A DNA stretch of 64,000 nucleotides from Carcharhinus amblyrhynchos (Eukaryota), in assembly GCA_965287045.1 (NCBI GenBank), contig OZ336876.1, forward strand, positions 8,184,001 through 8,248,000, in the 5' to 3' direction. Below the pieces are notes generated by a model. That model was given only the letters and a program-made list of their open reading frames with translations. It made no database searches and was not told the origin of the DNA. The position numbers and the translations under genes are program-made. Positions 12,715 through 23,885 of the stretch are shown piece by piece. Within the stretch, counting starts at the first letter, position 1. Each line of letters opens with the position of its first letter.

Positions 12715-13030
12715 GGTCAAAGTCCCCACCTCTTCGGCTTCCAGAACTCCATCCGATAATCTAGGTTGACTCTAGCGGTGTCATACTGCATAGGACAAAG
12801 GTGAGCTTTGAATGCGATACTAAACTAAAAGACCTCGTCTAATCAAGAGGCTTACCAATCCACGTTTGCCTCTCAACCAAAAGCAGATAGCTGGCAATTA
12901 TTACATTGCTGTTTGCAAGATTTTGCTGTTTATGAAGTGATTGGCCACTACAATTCCTACATTTGTAACAGTGACTACACTGGAAAAACCAAACTGAATT
13001 GGCTGTGAAGCATCTTGGGACATGCCAAGA
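12715..13030 (+). mobile_element. Deu-domain SINE (SacSINE1/AmnSINE1-like) remnant
   Basis: attattacattgctgtttg..attggccactacaattcctacatttgtaacagtgactacact..attggctgtgaagcatcttgggac resembles the Deu domain. Related remnants at about 21310-21560, 22750-23030, 33760-34250 and 35880-36320. Confidence 0.6.
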
Positions 13031-13151
13031 TTTTTTTTTGTTCATTCATAGGATATGGGCATCACTGGCTGGGCCAGCATTTGTTGACCATCCCTAGTCC
13101 CCTTGGAAGGCAGTTGAGAATCAGCCACATTGCTGTGGCTCGGGGGTCACA

Positions 13152-13440
13152 TTAAGTTTATTTAAGTCACAAGTAAGCTTACAGTAACACTGCATTGAAA
13201 TTACTGTGAAAATCCCCTAGCCACCACACTCCCTCTCCTGTTTGGATACACTAAGGGAGGGAGAATTTAACATGACTAATGCACCCAAACAGCACGTTTA
13301 TTCAGACTGTGGAAAGAAACCGGAGCACACGGAGGAAACCCACACAGACACAGGGAGAATGTGCAAACTCTACACAGTGACTCAAGCTGGGACTCAAATC
13401 CAGGTCCGTGGCACTGTGAGGAAGTGCAACTGTGTCACCA
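13152..13440 (-). mobile_element. HE1-type V-SINE (tail B)
   Basis: HE1 body; tail aagtttattt..gtcacaagtaagcttac..gtgaaaatccccta. Confidence 0.8.
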
Positions 13441-13673
13441 TACAAACACTACAATAACAGCCAATCACTTGTTTCCAGTGATGCTGAGGGATAAATATGA
13501 GCCAGCGCACTGTGGAGATCTCCCCTCAACCTTTCCAAACAGTGGCTGGGGTGAAGCACAACTTCTTCTCCATCGCTTCCCACTGCAGTGGCCAGTATTT
13601 ATTGCCCATCCCTAGTTGTCCTTGGAAAGCAGCTGAAAGTCAACCACATTGCTGTAGCTCTGGGGGGTCACAT

Positions 13674-13947
13674 TAAGTTTATTTAATGTCACAAGTAAGC
13701 TTACAGTAACACTGCAATGAAATTACTATGAAAATCCCCTAGTCACCACACTCCATCTCCCGCTCGGATACAGGAAGGGAGGGAGAATTTAGCATGACCA
13801 ATACAACCAACCAGTTTATTCAGACCGTGGGAGGAAACTAGAGCACATGGAGAAAACCCTCACAGACATGGGGAGAACATACAAACTCCACAGACTGACC
13901 CAAGCTGGGAGTCTTGGCACTGTCAGGCAGTGCAACTGTGTCACCAT
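13674..13947 (-). mobile_element. HE1-type V-SINE (tail B), duplicated copy
   Basis: Same junctions as 13152-13440. Confidence 0.8.
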
Positions 13948-14403
13948 ACAAGCACTACAATCGCTTGCTTCCAGCAATATTGAGGGATAAATATGTGCCA
14001 GCACGTTGTGGAAATCTCCCCGCAACCCTTTCAAACAGCTGCTGGGGGCGAAGCATGACTTCTTCTCTATTGCTTCCCACCACAGCGGTCAGCATTTACT
14101 GCCCATCCCTTGGCAGGCAGCTGAGAGTCAACTACATTGCCATGGCTCTTGAGGAATGGGGACGAAGGGGGGGGGTCACGTGTAGGCCAGACCAGGTAAG
14201 GAGGGCAGATTTCCTTTCCCTAAGGGTGAGCCAGATTGGGGTTTTCCCCCCCCCACAAGCAATGATTTGTATATTGAATTCAAATGCCACCATCTGCTAT
14301 GTGGGATGCGAACCTGGGTCCCCACAACATGGTCTGAGTTTCTGGGTTAATAGCCTGGTGAGGATAGGCGCTGGACAGCTGTCCCCTAGGTGAAGGCACT
14401 TAC

Positions 14404-14460
14404 TGTGAGGCGGTGATGACGCAGCTATTAGTCCGCACCGACTGCTTCCGGGTCACACCA
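14404..14460 (-). other. Putative non-coding first exon of the divergent gene (GGPS1 by synteny inference); 5' end approximate
   Basis: Strong minus-strand donor ACA/GTAAGT (GT at 14403-14402) at the CpG-island edge; alternative donor GGG/GTAAGA at 14499-14498. Human ARID4B and GGPS1 are head-to-head. Confidence 0.4.
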
Positions 14461-14999
14461 CGCCCTACTTCCGTTCTCTCCTTTCTTTTTCCTTCTTACC
14501 CCCCCCTTTCCGATTTATCCCTCGATCGCCGAAGCAACAACAAAATTTTTTTTTTAAAAAGCACCCGTTCCAAATAGGCTGCGAGCTCGGCCGGTGAATA
14601 CGAACCGGGTATGAAAACCAGCCGGGCCCGCCAACCCGATTCCAACGGCAGACACCCCGGGCCCCCTCGACGCTTCGCCCTACTTTAGTCCGTCCAAAAA
14701 TACGCCATCCTAATAGCGGTGCGCCTGCGCAGTAATCTCTTTTAAAGATGAGCGTGCGGAGCAGTGCGCATGCGGTGGGTTTTTCCTCTCTCTCACATCA
14801 AAGCAACGGGCTTCGTCCGGCAAGGCCTGCTGGGAGTTGTAGTTCAGCGACGCGCTGGGTAGAATGGAAGCGGTAGGGGAGGTGGACTACATTTCCCGGC
14901 GGCCCCGCCGCGCTGCCGGAGGGGATGGCCAATGGGGGGCGCCGGGACAGCGGTTGCCGTGTGACGGCGGGCCAATGGGAAGGGTTGTTTGTTGGTGAG

Positions 15000-15314
15000 T
15001 GGGGTCGAGTGTTTTGTGTGTGAGGGAGAGAGTGTGTGTTTTTCTCTCCCTCCTCTCATTCTCTGCGGCTTGGCAGTTCGGTGATTTCAGGGGGAGGGGG
15101 GGGACGGAACTCGCTCGCCTGTCCTTGTCAGTGAGTGTTTGTGTGGTGAGAGAGGACGGGGGAAGGAAGGTTTGATTGAGGGCCGATTTCATCTCCCCCA
15201 ACCACCTCGGGCCGTCGAATGCCCAAGTCAAGCCGGGCCGGACATCGGGCGGGCGGCCCCGGCCTGTGAGGCGAACTCGGTCGGTCGGTTGGCATCGCTG
15301 TTTCGCACGGGGTG
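15000..15314 (+). other. ARID4B: Putative non-coding exon 1 of ARID4B; start approximate
   Basis: Lies downstream of the CCAAT boxes. Donor GTG/GTGAGT at 15315; other GTGAGT donors at 14995 and 15131. Confidence 0.45.
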
Positions 15315-15579
15315 GTGAGTGGCGGCTGGGGCGGGGGCTGTGGGGGACAAGTGCTGTTGCATGGGAACAATGCGGCTGTAAGGGTCAGCTTCAAGGAGCT
15401 GAATTTCTCATCTCAAAACCCCGGGGATTGCAGTGGGGAAGGAGGGAGAGCAGGCCTGGGCTCTATCGGCACTTTTCTCCCCAACCCCCGAAACGTGTCA
15501 AGTGGATGTGCGAAGTTGAAGTCGGCCGGCTGGAGGATCTTAAAAGGTTATTAAAAATAATCGTATGGCCACTGGGAAT

Positions 15580-17110
15580 GATCGTTCCTCTGCCCGATCT
15601 TCGCCTTGCCCCCCCCCCCACTTCCCCCCTCTCTCAGATCGTCCCTACCCCACTCAGATCTATCACCTTTCAGCCCCCTCAGATCGTCCCCTTCCCCCCC
15701 TCCCTCAGATCGTCCCCTTCCCCCCCTCCCTCAGATCGTCCCCTTCCCCCCCTCCCTCAGATCGTCCCCTTCCCCCCCTCCCTCAGATCGTCCCCTTCCC
15801 CCCCTCCCTCAGATCGTCCCCTTCCCCCCCTCCCTCAGATCGTCCCCTTCCCCCCTCCCTCAGATCGTCCCCTTCCCCCCCCTCCCTCAGATCGTCCCCT
15901 TCCCCCCCCTCCCTCAGATCGTCCCCTTCCCCCCCTCCCTCAGATCGTCCCCTTCCCCCCCTCCCTCAGATCGTCCCCTTCCCCCCCTCCCTCAGATCGT
16001 CCCCTTCCCCCCCTCCCTCAGATCGTCCCCTCCCCCCTCTCAGATTGTCCCCTTCCCCCCTCCCCCCCAGATCGTCCCCTCCCCCCCCAGATCGTCCCCT
16101 CCCCCCCCTCAGATCGTCCCCTCCCCCCCCTCAGATCGTCCCCTCCCCCCCCTCAGATCGTCCCCTCCCCCCCCCTCAGATCGTCCCCTTCCCCCCTCTC
16201 AGATCGTCCCCTTCCCCCCTCTCAGATCGCCCCCTTCCCCCCTCTCAGATCGTCCCCTCCCCCCCCTCAGATCGTCCCCTTCCCCCCCTCAGATCGTCCC
16301 CTTCCCCCCCTCAGATCGTCCCCTTCCCCCCTCTCAGATCGTCCCCTTCCCCCCTCTCAGATCGTCCCCTTCCCCCCCTCAGATCGTCCCCTTCCCCCCC
16401 TCAGATCGTCCCCTTCCCCCCTCTCAGATCGTCCCCTTCCCCCCTCTCAGATCGTCCCCTTCCCCCCTCTCAGATCGTCCCCTTCCCCCCTCTCAGATCG
16501 TCCCCTTCCCCCCCTCAGATCGTCCCCTTCCCCCCTCTCAGATCGTCCCCTTCCCCCCTCTCAGATCGTCCCCTTCCCCCCTCTCAGATCGTCCCCTTCC
16601 CCCCTCTCAGATCGTCCCCTTCCCCCCTCTCAGATCGTCCCCTTCCCCCCTCTCAGATCGTCCCCTTCCCCCCTCTCAGATCGTCCCCTTCCCCCCTCTC
16701 AGATCGTCCCCTTCCCCCCTCTCAGATCGTCCCCTTCCCCCCTCTCAGATCGTCCCCTTCCCCCCTCTCAGATCGTCCCCTTCCCCCCTCTCAGATCGTC
16801 CCCTTCCCCCCTCTCAGGTCGTCCCCTTCCCCCCTCTCAGATCGTCCCCTTCCCCCCTCTCAGATCGTTCCCTTCCCTCCCCTCTCTTAGATCGTTTCCC
16901 CCGCCCCCCCCCGATTGGCCCCTTCCCCCCCTCTCTCAGATCGTCCCCTTAGCCTCCCTTTTCACCCCCATCTCGGATTGTCCCCTTGCCCCTCCACCCT
17001 CCCCCGGATCATCCCATTGCCCCCCCCAACCCTCCCCCGGATCGTCCCAATGCCCCCTCATCCCGGATCGTCCCATTGGCTCCCCCCCATCCCGATCGTT
17101 GCCTTGTCCC
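15580..17110. repeat. C-rich minisatellite, unit about 20-23 bp (CTCAGATCGTCCCCTTCCCCCCT)
   Basis: Directly visible. Homogeneous core about 15680-16870 with degenerate flanking units. Confidence 0.97.
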
Positions 17111-17264
17111 CCCTGCAAATCCTGCCCTTGCCTGCCTCCAAATCCTCCCTTTCATGGAATCGCTACGGTGCAGAAAGAGGCCATTTGGACTTTCTGAAAG
17201 AGCATCCCACCCAGACCATCCCCTCTGTCCTAACCTGTGATCCCACACATTACCATGGCTAGCC

Positions 17265-18680
17265 ATAGAATCGTACAGCATGGAAAAGGCCCTCTGGCCC
17301 ATCAAGACTACCACTAAAGTCACGCTAATCCCATTTTCCAGCACTTGTCCCATATATCTGAATGTCATGTTATTTAAAAGTTTACAGATTATTTATTATG
17401 TCACAAGTAGACTTGCATTAACACTGCAATGAGGTTATTGTGAAAATCTGCAAGTCACCACACCCAGGCTGGTGCGTGTTTGGGTACACGGAGGGAGAAT
17501 TTAGCATGGCTAATGCACCTAACCAGCACATCTTATTCAAGTACTCCTCCAAATACTTTATAAATGTTGTAAGGTTTCCGGCCTCCACTGCATTCCCGGT
17601 CAGTGCATTCCAGATTTCTACCAGCCTCGGAGTGAGTTTTTTTTCCCCTCAAACCCCTCTGAATCTCCTGCCCCTTACTCTAAAACTAGGTCCCATGTGA
17701 TTGACCCCTAAACCAAGGGAAACAGCTGCTTCCTGTTCACACTGTCCATACCCCTCATAACCTTATATACCTCAATCAACCTTATCTGCTGTAAAGAAAA
17801 CAATCCAAGCCTCTCCTTATAACTCAAACACTCCATCCCAGGCAACATCCTGGTGAATCTCCTCTGTACCTCCTCTAGTATAATCACATAATTCCTATAG
17901 TGAGGTGACCAGAACTGCACACAGTACTCGAGCTGTGGCCTAACCAATGTTCTGTACAACTCCAACATTATCTCCTTGCTCTTGCTCATAAAGTGTCCTT
18001 TATGTCTTCTTAACTATCCTATCCACCTCCTCTGCTGCCTTCAGGGACCTGTGAATAAGTACCCCAAGATCCATCTGTTCCTCTGAGCTTCCTAGTGTCT
18101 TGTCATTCATTAAATATTATTTTGTCTTGTTATTTCTTCCAAAGTACATTACCTCACACTTATCATGGTTACAGACCACCTGCCACTGCCCTGTCCACGT
18201 GACCAACCTATCTGTATCTTCCTGTATCCTACAACCTTCTTCACTATTAGCCATCCCACCAATCTTGGTGTCATCTGCAGGCTTGTTTCTCATTCTCCCC
18301 ACATTATCATCTATATTATTTATGCTTATGACAAATAAAGTTCCCAGTACTGAACCTTGTGATACACCACTGGACACTGGCCTCCAGTCACTCAAACAGT
18401 CTTCTACCACCACCCTTGTGTCCTATTGTTAAGCCAGTTTCGGATCCATCCCACCAAGTTTCCCTGAATTCCATGTGCTTTAACCTTCTCAATCAGTCTC
18501 CCATGTGGGACCTTGTCAAAGACTTTGCTAAAATCCATATAAACTACATCAATTGCACTTTCTCATCGATACATTCAATCACATTTTCAAAAAAATTTGA
18601 TCAAATTTGTTAGGCATACCCTCCCTATAACAAAGCCATATTGACTTTCCCCCATCAATCAATGCCTTTCCACGTAGAAA
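17265..18680 (-). mobile_element. CR1-like LINE fragment (RT and 3' end) with an inserted HE1 tail-B piece at about 17377-17532
   Basis: Minus peptides WRPVSSGVSQGSVLG, KPADDTKIGG and LVRPQLEYCVQFWSPHY. Confidence 0.85.
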
Positions 18681-18699
18681 TTACTTCTCTCCTTCAGAA

Positions 18700-19026
18700 T
18701 CCACCTAACTGACACATCTTTGGACACCCAGGGGCAACTTCGCATAGCCAATCCACCGAACCTACACATCTTTGGGCTGTGGCAGAAAATGAGAACACCT
18801 GGAGGAAGCCCATGCAGTCTCCCGAATCTGAAATTGAAGCTGAGTCTCTGGCATTGTGAGACAGCAGTGCTAACCATTGTGTACATTCATATTTATTGTG
18901 TAAAGGCATGTAACTCTGTTGCTTCACAATGCAATGCACACATGGCTCCGCACAGTCACCTGAAGCTGGAATTAAACCCGGGCCTCTGGCGTTGTGAGGC
19001 AGCAGTGCTAACTACTGTGCCACTAT
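18700..19026 (-). mobile_element. HE1-type SINE fragments (two heads)
   Basis: gcagtgctaaccattgtg at about 18863 and gcagcagtgctaactactgtgccac at about 19000. Confidence 0.7.
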
Positions 19027-19059
19027 GCTGTCCCCTTTCCCCCCTCTCCCCCCCCCCTT

Positions 19060-19630
19060 CTGCCTCACGCTTATCCCCCCTTCTGCCTCACATTTGCCCC
19101 GTTCCCATGCTTGCCCCTTCTCACCCCAGTTGCCCCCCCACCCCTTACTTGCCCCCCACCCCTTCTCTCCCACCCACTTGACCCCCTCTATCACCCGCTA
19201 CTCGCCCCCTTCTACTCCCTGTTAGCCCCTTCTACCCCCCTGCTTGCCCCCTCTACCCCCCTGCTTGCCCCCTACCTGCCACTTGCCCCCTCTACCCCCC
19301 TGCTTGCCCCCTACCCTCCGCTTGTTCCCCCCCTACCCTCCGCTTGTTCCCCCCCTACCCTCCGCTTGTTCCCCCCCTACCCTCCGCTTGTTCCCCCCCT
19401 ACCCTCCGCTTGTTCCCCCCCTACCCTCCGCTTGTCCCCCCCCACCCTCCGCTTGTCCCCCCTCTACCCTCCGCTTGTCCCCCCCTCTACCCTCCGCTTG
19501 TCCCCCCCTCTACCCTCCGCTTGTCCCCCCCTCTACCCTCCGCTTGTCCCCCCCTCTACCCTCCGCTTGTCCCCCCCCTCTACCCTCCGCTTGTCCCCCC
19601 CTCTACCCTCCGCTTGTCCCCTCCCCCTTC
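19060..19630. repeat. C-rich minisatellite, unit about 21-23 bp (CTACCCTCCGCTTGTCCCCCCT)
   Basis: Directly visible; homogeneous at about 19310-19620. Confidence 0.95.
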
Positions 19631-20106
19631 CCCGTTTGCCACTCTTTCCCCCCGCTAGCCCACCCCTTTCCACTCTCTTGTTTCGGGTCAGTGTTTGAGC
19701 CAGCGGTACCGATGCACAATCCGTGTGTAACTTTGGGTCTGTGGCTGAAATGGCGTCATTGAAACAACTAAAGCGATGTTGTTTGGGGGGGTGGAGAAAG
19801 GCACCAGCTCCATCGACCTGAGCCGCACACGCTACAACCCCTCCTGATCCGGTGTTGTTTCAATCCATCCGCCGCCATTCATTTACCTTTCTCTTCTGCC
19901 GGTGTTTATTTGTCGGCCGAGGGTGGCATTTGCATGGAAAGCGAGGAGAAATCGTATAGCCACTTACAAAAGATGATTCTGTCTTGGCACTGCCTCGACT
20001 GCCATTCATGATTCCGGGGAGGGGGCTGTACACTGAAAAGAGACGTCGATCACTTCTTTTTCCAAACGGATTTTTTTTTGTGTGTCCCCTTTTCTTCTCT
20101 CTTTAG

Positions 20107-20159
20107 GTGTGACTTTTCCTGCTTCGGTCGGTTCGGCCACATTTGGAATCAACATGAAG
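20107..20159 (+). CDS. ARID4B: ARID4B exon 2: 5' UTR 20107-20153 plus coding ATG AAG (Met-Lys) 20154-20159
   Basis: Long polypyrimidine tract and tttag acceptor (AG 20105-20106); aacATGAAG/GTAACT donor. Joins exon 3 in phase 0 to give [10 protein letters not shown]. Confidence 0.88.
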
Positions 20160-21839
20160 GTAACTAAAAAAAATCAATGTACTGTACATTTTGTGCGGAC
20201 AGATTAATCGCTCGGTCTCCCAGTTTAAAGGTTTTTCTGGTGTCGAGTTAAGTCGCCTTGTGATACCGGAATTTTTTTCCCCCTGCAGACATGTATTCGG
20301 TTAGTTGGGAGTCTGCTGCATAACAAAGCGACAGCAAATACAAACTGCTTATTTAGTGCGGCAAACATTAAAACTGGACAAGAGAGGATAGCATAGACAC
20401 GGTTATATTCCTTTAACTTCCAACCCCCTTAAAGCCATGGCAGTTGCGATGGAATGATTGCAAGGATTGGTGTGTTTTGTTTCTGCAACCTTGTGTGTGC
20501 CATGTTAGAGTTTGAAATATTTGATTTTTTTCAAATAAGAGGGGAGAAATCTCCGGGAGGATTTTTCTGTCGGGTTTGTAGCCGTCAGCGTTTTAGCTGC
20601 AGTCTTCTCCAGCTTGCTTTCAAACGGCTCGATAGTTTTTTTTCGCGATACCGCAAAACGTTTTTTCTCTAAGAGGGGACGCTTCTCTAACGATGCAGGA
20701 AATTTCGGTTTTGTTGTGTGTGCAAACCGTGCATTAAATCTGCTCGAATTAACTTGTTTTCAGAGCAGGCGAATCAGAGTAAATGCAAGGTCCATGGCAC
20801 GAATGCTAGAAAAAATGATTACTTGAGGTTAGTTTCGGTTTAGCTGAGCTTTGCAAAAAAAATGGCAGTTCTTAGCTATTGTTAAATCCGCTCGTCAAAT
20901 TGGCTGTTACATTCCATGTTTACTTCCAGTCAGTGCGGTAAAGCGGCGGTACACGATCCCTCATGTCTCCTTCACAGATTGAGCTGCTCAGTTAGATTTT
21001 TTTTGGAAATTCTAATTAATACACAAGGCAAGTTTATTGATCCGCGTTGATTTGAATTTAGCACACAATTATCCTTGGCTGAATCAGCAAAGGATGAATG
21101 ATACAGCAGCTATGTTATTCACATGAATTTAATATATTTATATATATAAATGATAGTAGTAAAAATCTGACGGGGATAAAGCTTCCGCTCAAGCCTCTCC
21201 AGGGGAAGGGGTCCATTACCCTTGGCTGAAACAACTGCAGTGGCTTGTAGATCAGGGTGGTGTTTGTAATCGGAGAGGGGGTAAGAATGGCTTGAAGGTC
21301 AGAGTGTATTCCGCTGAAGTGTATTGGAGGGACTGACTGTTCAGCTGCAACATTCTCTTCTGAAGGTTGTGGATTCAAATCAGTTCCCACACCTTAAAAC
21401 AGATTATTTGCCTATTAATATGTTCTTGGTGGTGGGAGCTTGTGCTGGGCAACCAGCTGCCGTATTTCCTTCTCTCAAATAGTGACTACACTTCATAAGT
21501 ACTTTGCTTGTGAAACACTTGCGGATGTTCTGCGACTGTGAAAGGCCTGCAGAAATGTATTTTTTAATCTGCAGAAGGAGGTTCCAGGTACTTTTTGACC
21601 TCTAGCTCAGTACTGCGGTAAGAATACTCATGAGAAACCCCATGTTGTTTTCCAAAGTTCTTTTACATTTACAATTTTTGGGACGAGTTGACTAAACACA
21701 ACCATGCCACCCTCATCAATAGAGGGAGTTACTTACTATAGCCTCTCTCATCATGGGAGGCACTGAGTGAATGCCTGTTTATTCCTGCTATCCTCTGTAC
21801 CCTTGTAGGGGCAAAAGAGATAGAAAGCAACACAATGTC

Positions 21840-22255
21840 CAACTTGTACAGTCCATTGATGTACATCAGTTCCTGCCCTGCGACATCTGGAATTTAAAAT
21901 TCTCATCCTTGAGTTCATAGCCTTGTCTTTCCCTTTCTCTAACCTCCTCTAGTCCTACAACCCTTCAATTACGCTACATTCCTCTAATTTTGGCCTCTTG
22001 TTCAACTCCACTTTTAGTTGCTCTACCATTGCTGGTGATGCCTTTAGTTGTTGAGCCTGGCATTCCCTGTTAAAATCTCAGCTTCTTGCTCGCTGTGTAG
22101 GATGCTCATTCAAACTGACCTCTTGGACCAAACTTTAGGTCACCTGTCCAAATATTACCTCATGGTTCAATATCAAATTTTGTTTGATAATGCTCTTGTG
22201 AGCACCTTGATCTTCTACTGTGTTGAAGGCACTGTATAAATGCAAGTTATTGTTT
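21840..22255 (+). mobile_element. Ancient L2-like LINE 3' end
   Basis: tttaaaattctcatccttg..ccattgctggtgatgcctttag and the tail tataaatgcaagttattgtt; homologous to 9840-10300. Confidence 0.5.
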
Positions 22256-23544
22256 GAGGACGTGCACAACTACAGGAAAACGTCCAGAAAATTAAAAGGG
22301 CCGAATGCCCATCATTGTTAACAAATCAGTTGAATTATTTTAATGTTCAAGATTGACTGGGAAAGGTCAGTGTGCTGTTGCTGCAGGTGTTCTTAAATTA
22401 AAGTGGTGTGCAATGTCATTTGATCCTCAAAAGTTCTGTGGGTTAAACTGGATTTAAGTCACAGAAGTAAATACCCTTGATAGATTTTCATGTCTAGGAA
22501 GCGCCCTTCGAAAAGAAAAGTCTTTTGGTTTTGAATTGGAAGCACTCTTGGTGATTTGATTGTTTAGCTTGTCCTGTGGGCCCACTTCGACCTACAGAGA
22601 GCTTTGTGGTTAGCTTCAATATTTGTTAAGCATTATAATTGCACCTTATGTTTCTGATATATCTCCTTAGAAGGGTCTTTTGTGTAGGGGCATTTTTTCC
22701 AACTGCAGAGATATTTTAGCTCTCTTCAGAGAGATATTGAAGCTAATGTGTCAGCTGTGGCTCGCTCAGTCATACTCTGTTCGGGATTTTAAGTTCTGCT
22801 CCGGAGATTTGAGCATAAAATCCAGGCTGCCATTTCTGCGTAGTAACTGAAGGAGTGCTGCACTATTGGATCAGTCCTTCAGGTGAGGTGTTAAACTGAG
22901 GTGCTTATCTGCTTTCTCTGGTGGATGTAAAAGATCCTTGGTGTTATTTTAAGGGCAGCAGGGGAGTTCCCCCCATTTCATGTTTACCCTTCAACTAGTT
23001 TCTGGACATTATCTCATTGCTGTTTGTGGGAAAGGTAAAGGGACATTAGCCAGCCTTAATCGGAGCCAAAGGTCACGTGTTTAAACCACATCACAAATCC
23101 TACCACAGAGCGTGAGGGCACAATTGAAGCAGCTGATGCTCTTGCAGAGAGCCATTATGCACTCAACAGGCCCAGTGGCTGCCTTCTGAGTTGCTGTATG
23201 ACTCTGTTTCAGCTCTGCGCAGGAATGGCCAGCTTCGATAATAAATTCAGGTTCCGGCGTGGGAAACAAATCCGTGACCCAGACTTTGAGCTTGAACTGG
23301 GTGTGTGACCAACCAAGCCAATCTGACACTACAAATGTTAGAATCCTGACCACACCCCAAAATTAATGTTATGGTCTGGCAGGGCCAGTGACCTTATGTT
23401 TCAAGTAGATAAAGTTTGAGATCTTCGATTAAGAGAATAAAATACAAGATTCCATAATCTTTAGATAAAATTATACAAGGTCAGAAAAGTAAAACAACTT
23501 GGCAATATTTCCTTGTAGGTAACACCCAGGAAAGGGAAAGCTGA

Positions 23545-23885
23545 TGGTGGAATGGTAATATAACCCAAAGGGGACACAGTTTAAATCCCACCGCAACATT
23601 TGGTGCAATTTAAATTCAGTTAATAAATCTGGAATTGAGAGTTCATCTCAGCAATGTTGATCATGAAGTTATCATTGATTGTCATTGAAAACCCATCTGG
23701 TTCATTAATCTCGTGAAGAGAAGGAAATCCATCCTTGTAACCAGCTCTGGCTGACATGTGACTTCATAGTAATGTGGTAATTCTTAACCGCCCTCTGTAA
23801 CGGCCTAGAAAGCCATTCCATTCAATAACAAATATGGATGAGTGACAAATGCTGGCCTTGTCAGTGATGCTCACATCTCACCAAA
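23545..23885 (+). mobile_element. Second shark SINE family copy
   Basis: tttaaatcccacc..aaacccatctggttca..aaatgctggccttgtcagtgatgctcacatc. Confidence 0.6.

Larger units (their letters stand above)
13070..14180. repeat. Tandem duplication, unit about 0.5 kb, about 2.2 copies, each full unit containing an HE1 SINE
   Basis: ggccagcattt..catccct recurs at about 13072, 13590 and 14087. The same SINE junctions (gggtcacattaagtttatttaa; gtcaccataca) occur in both full units. Confidence 0.85.
14400..15400. promoter_or_regulatory. CpG-island, probably bidirectional promoter of ARID4B and a divergent gene
   Basis: High CpG density. NRF1-type TGCGCCTGCGCA 14720-14731 and TGCGCATGCG 14765-14774. ZNF143/THAP11-type TGGGAGTTGTAGT 14831-14843 and ACTACATTTCCC 14886-14897. 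CCAAT at 14929 and 14972. ETS-type CTTCCG near 14446 and 14468. Confidence 0.85.

Noticed and set aside
1-14400. GGPS1 coding exon (ILLEPYKYLLQLPG-like) on the minus strand
   Set aside because: Not found by eye or in the ORF track; probably to the left of the window.
15680-16870. CRISPR-like regular repeat
   Set aside because: No unique spacers, no cas genes and a eukaryotic context; it is a plain tandem repeat.
15176-17197. 673-, 441- and 448-aa proline-rich ORFs
   Set aside because: All three frames are open only because the minisatellite unit has no stop codon; they lie in intron 1 of ARID4B.
19111-19762. Proline-rich ORFs (195, 172 and 104 aa)
   Set aside because: Translations of the second C-rich minisatellite.
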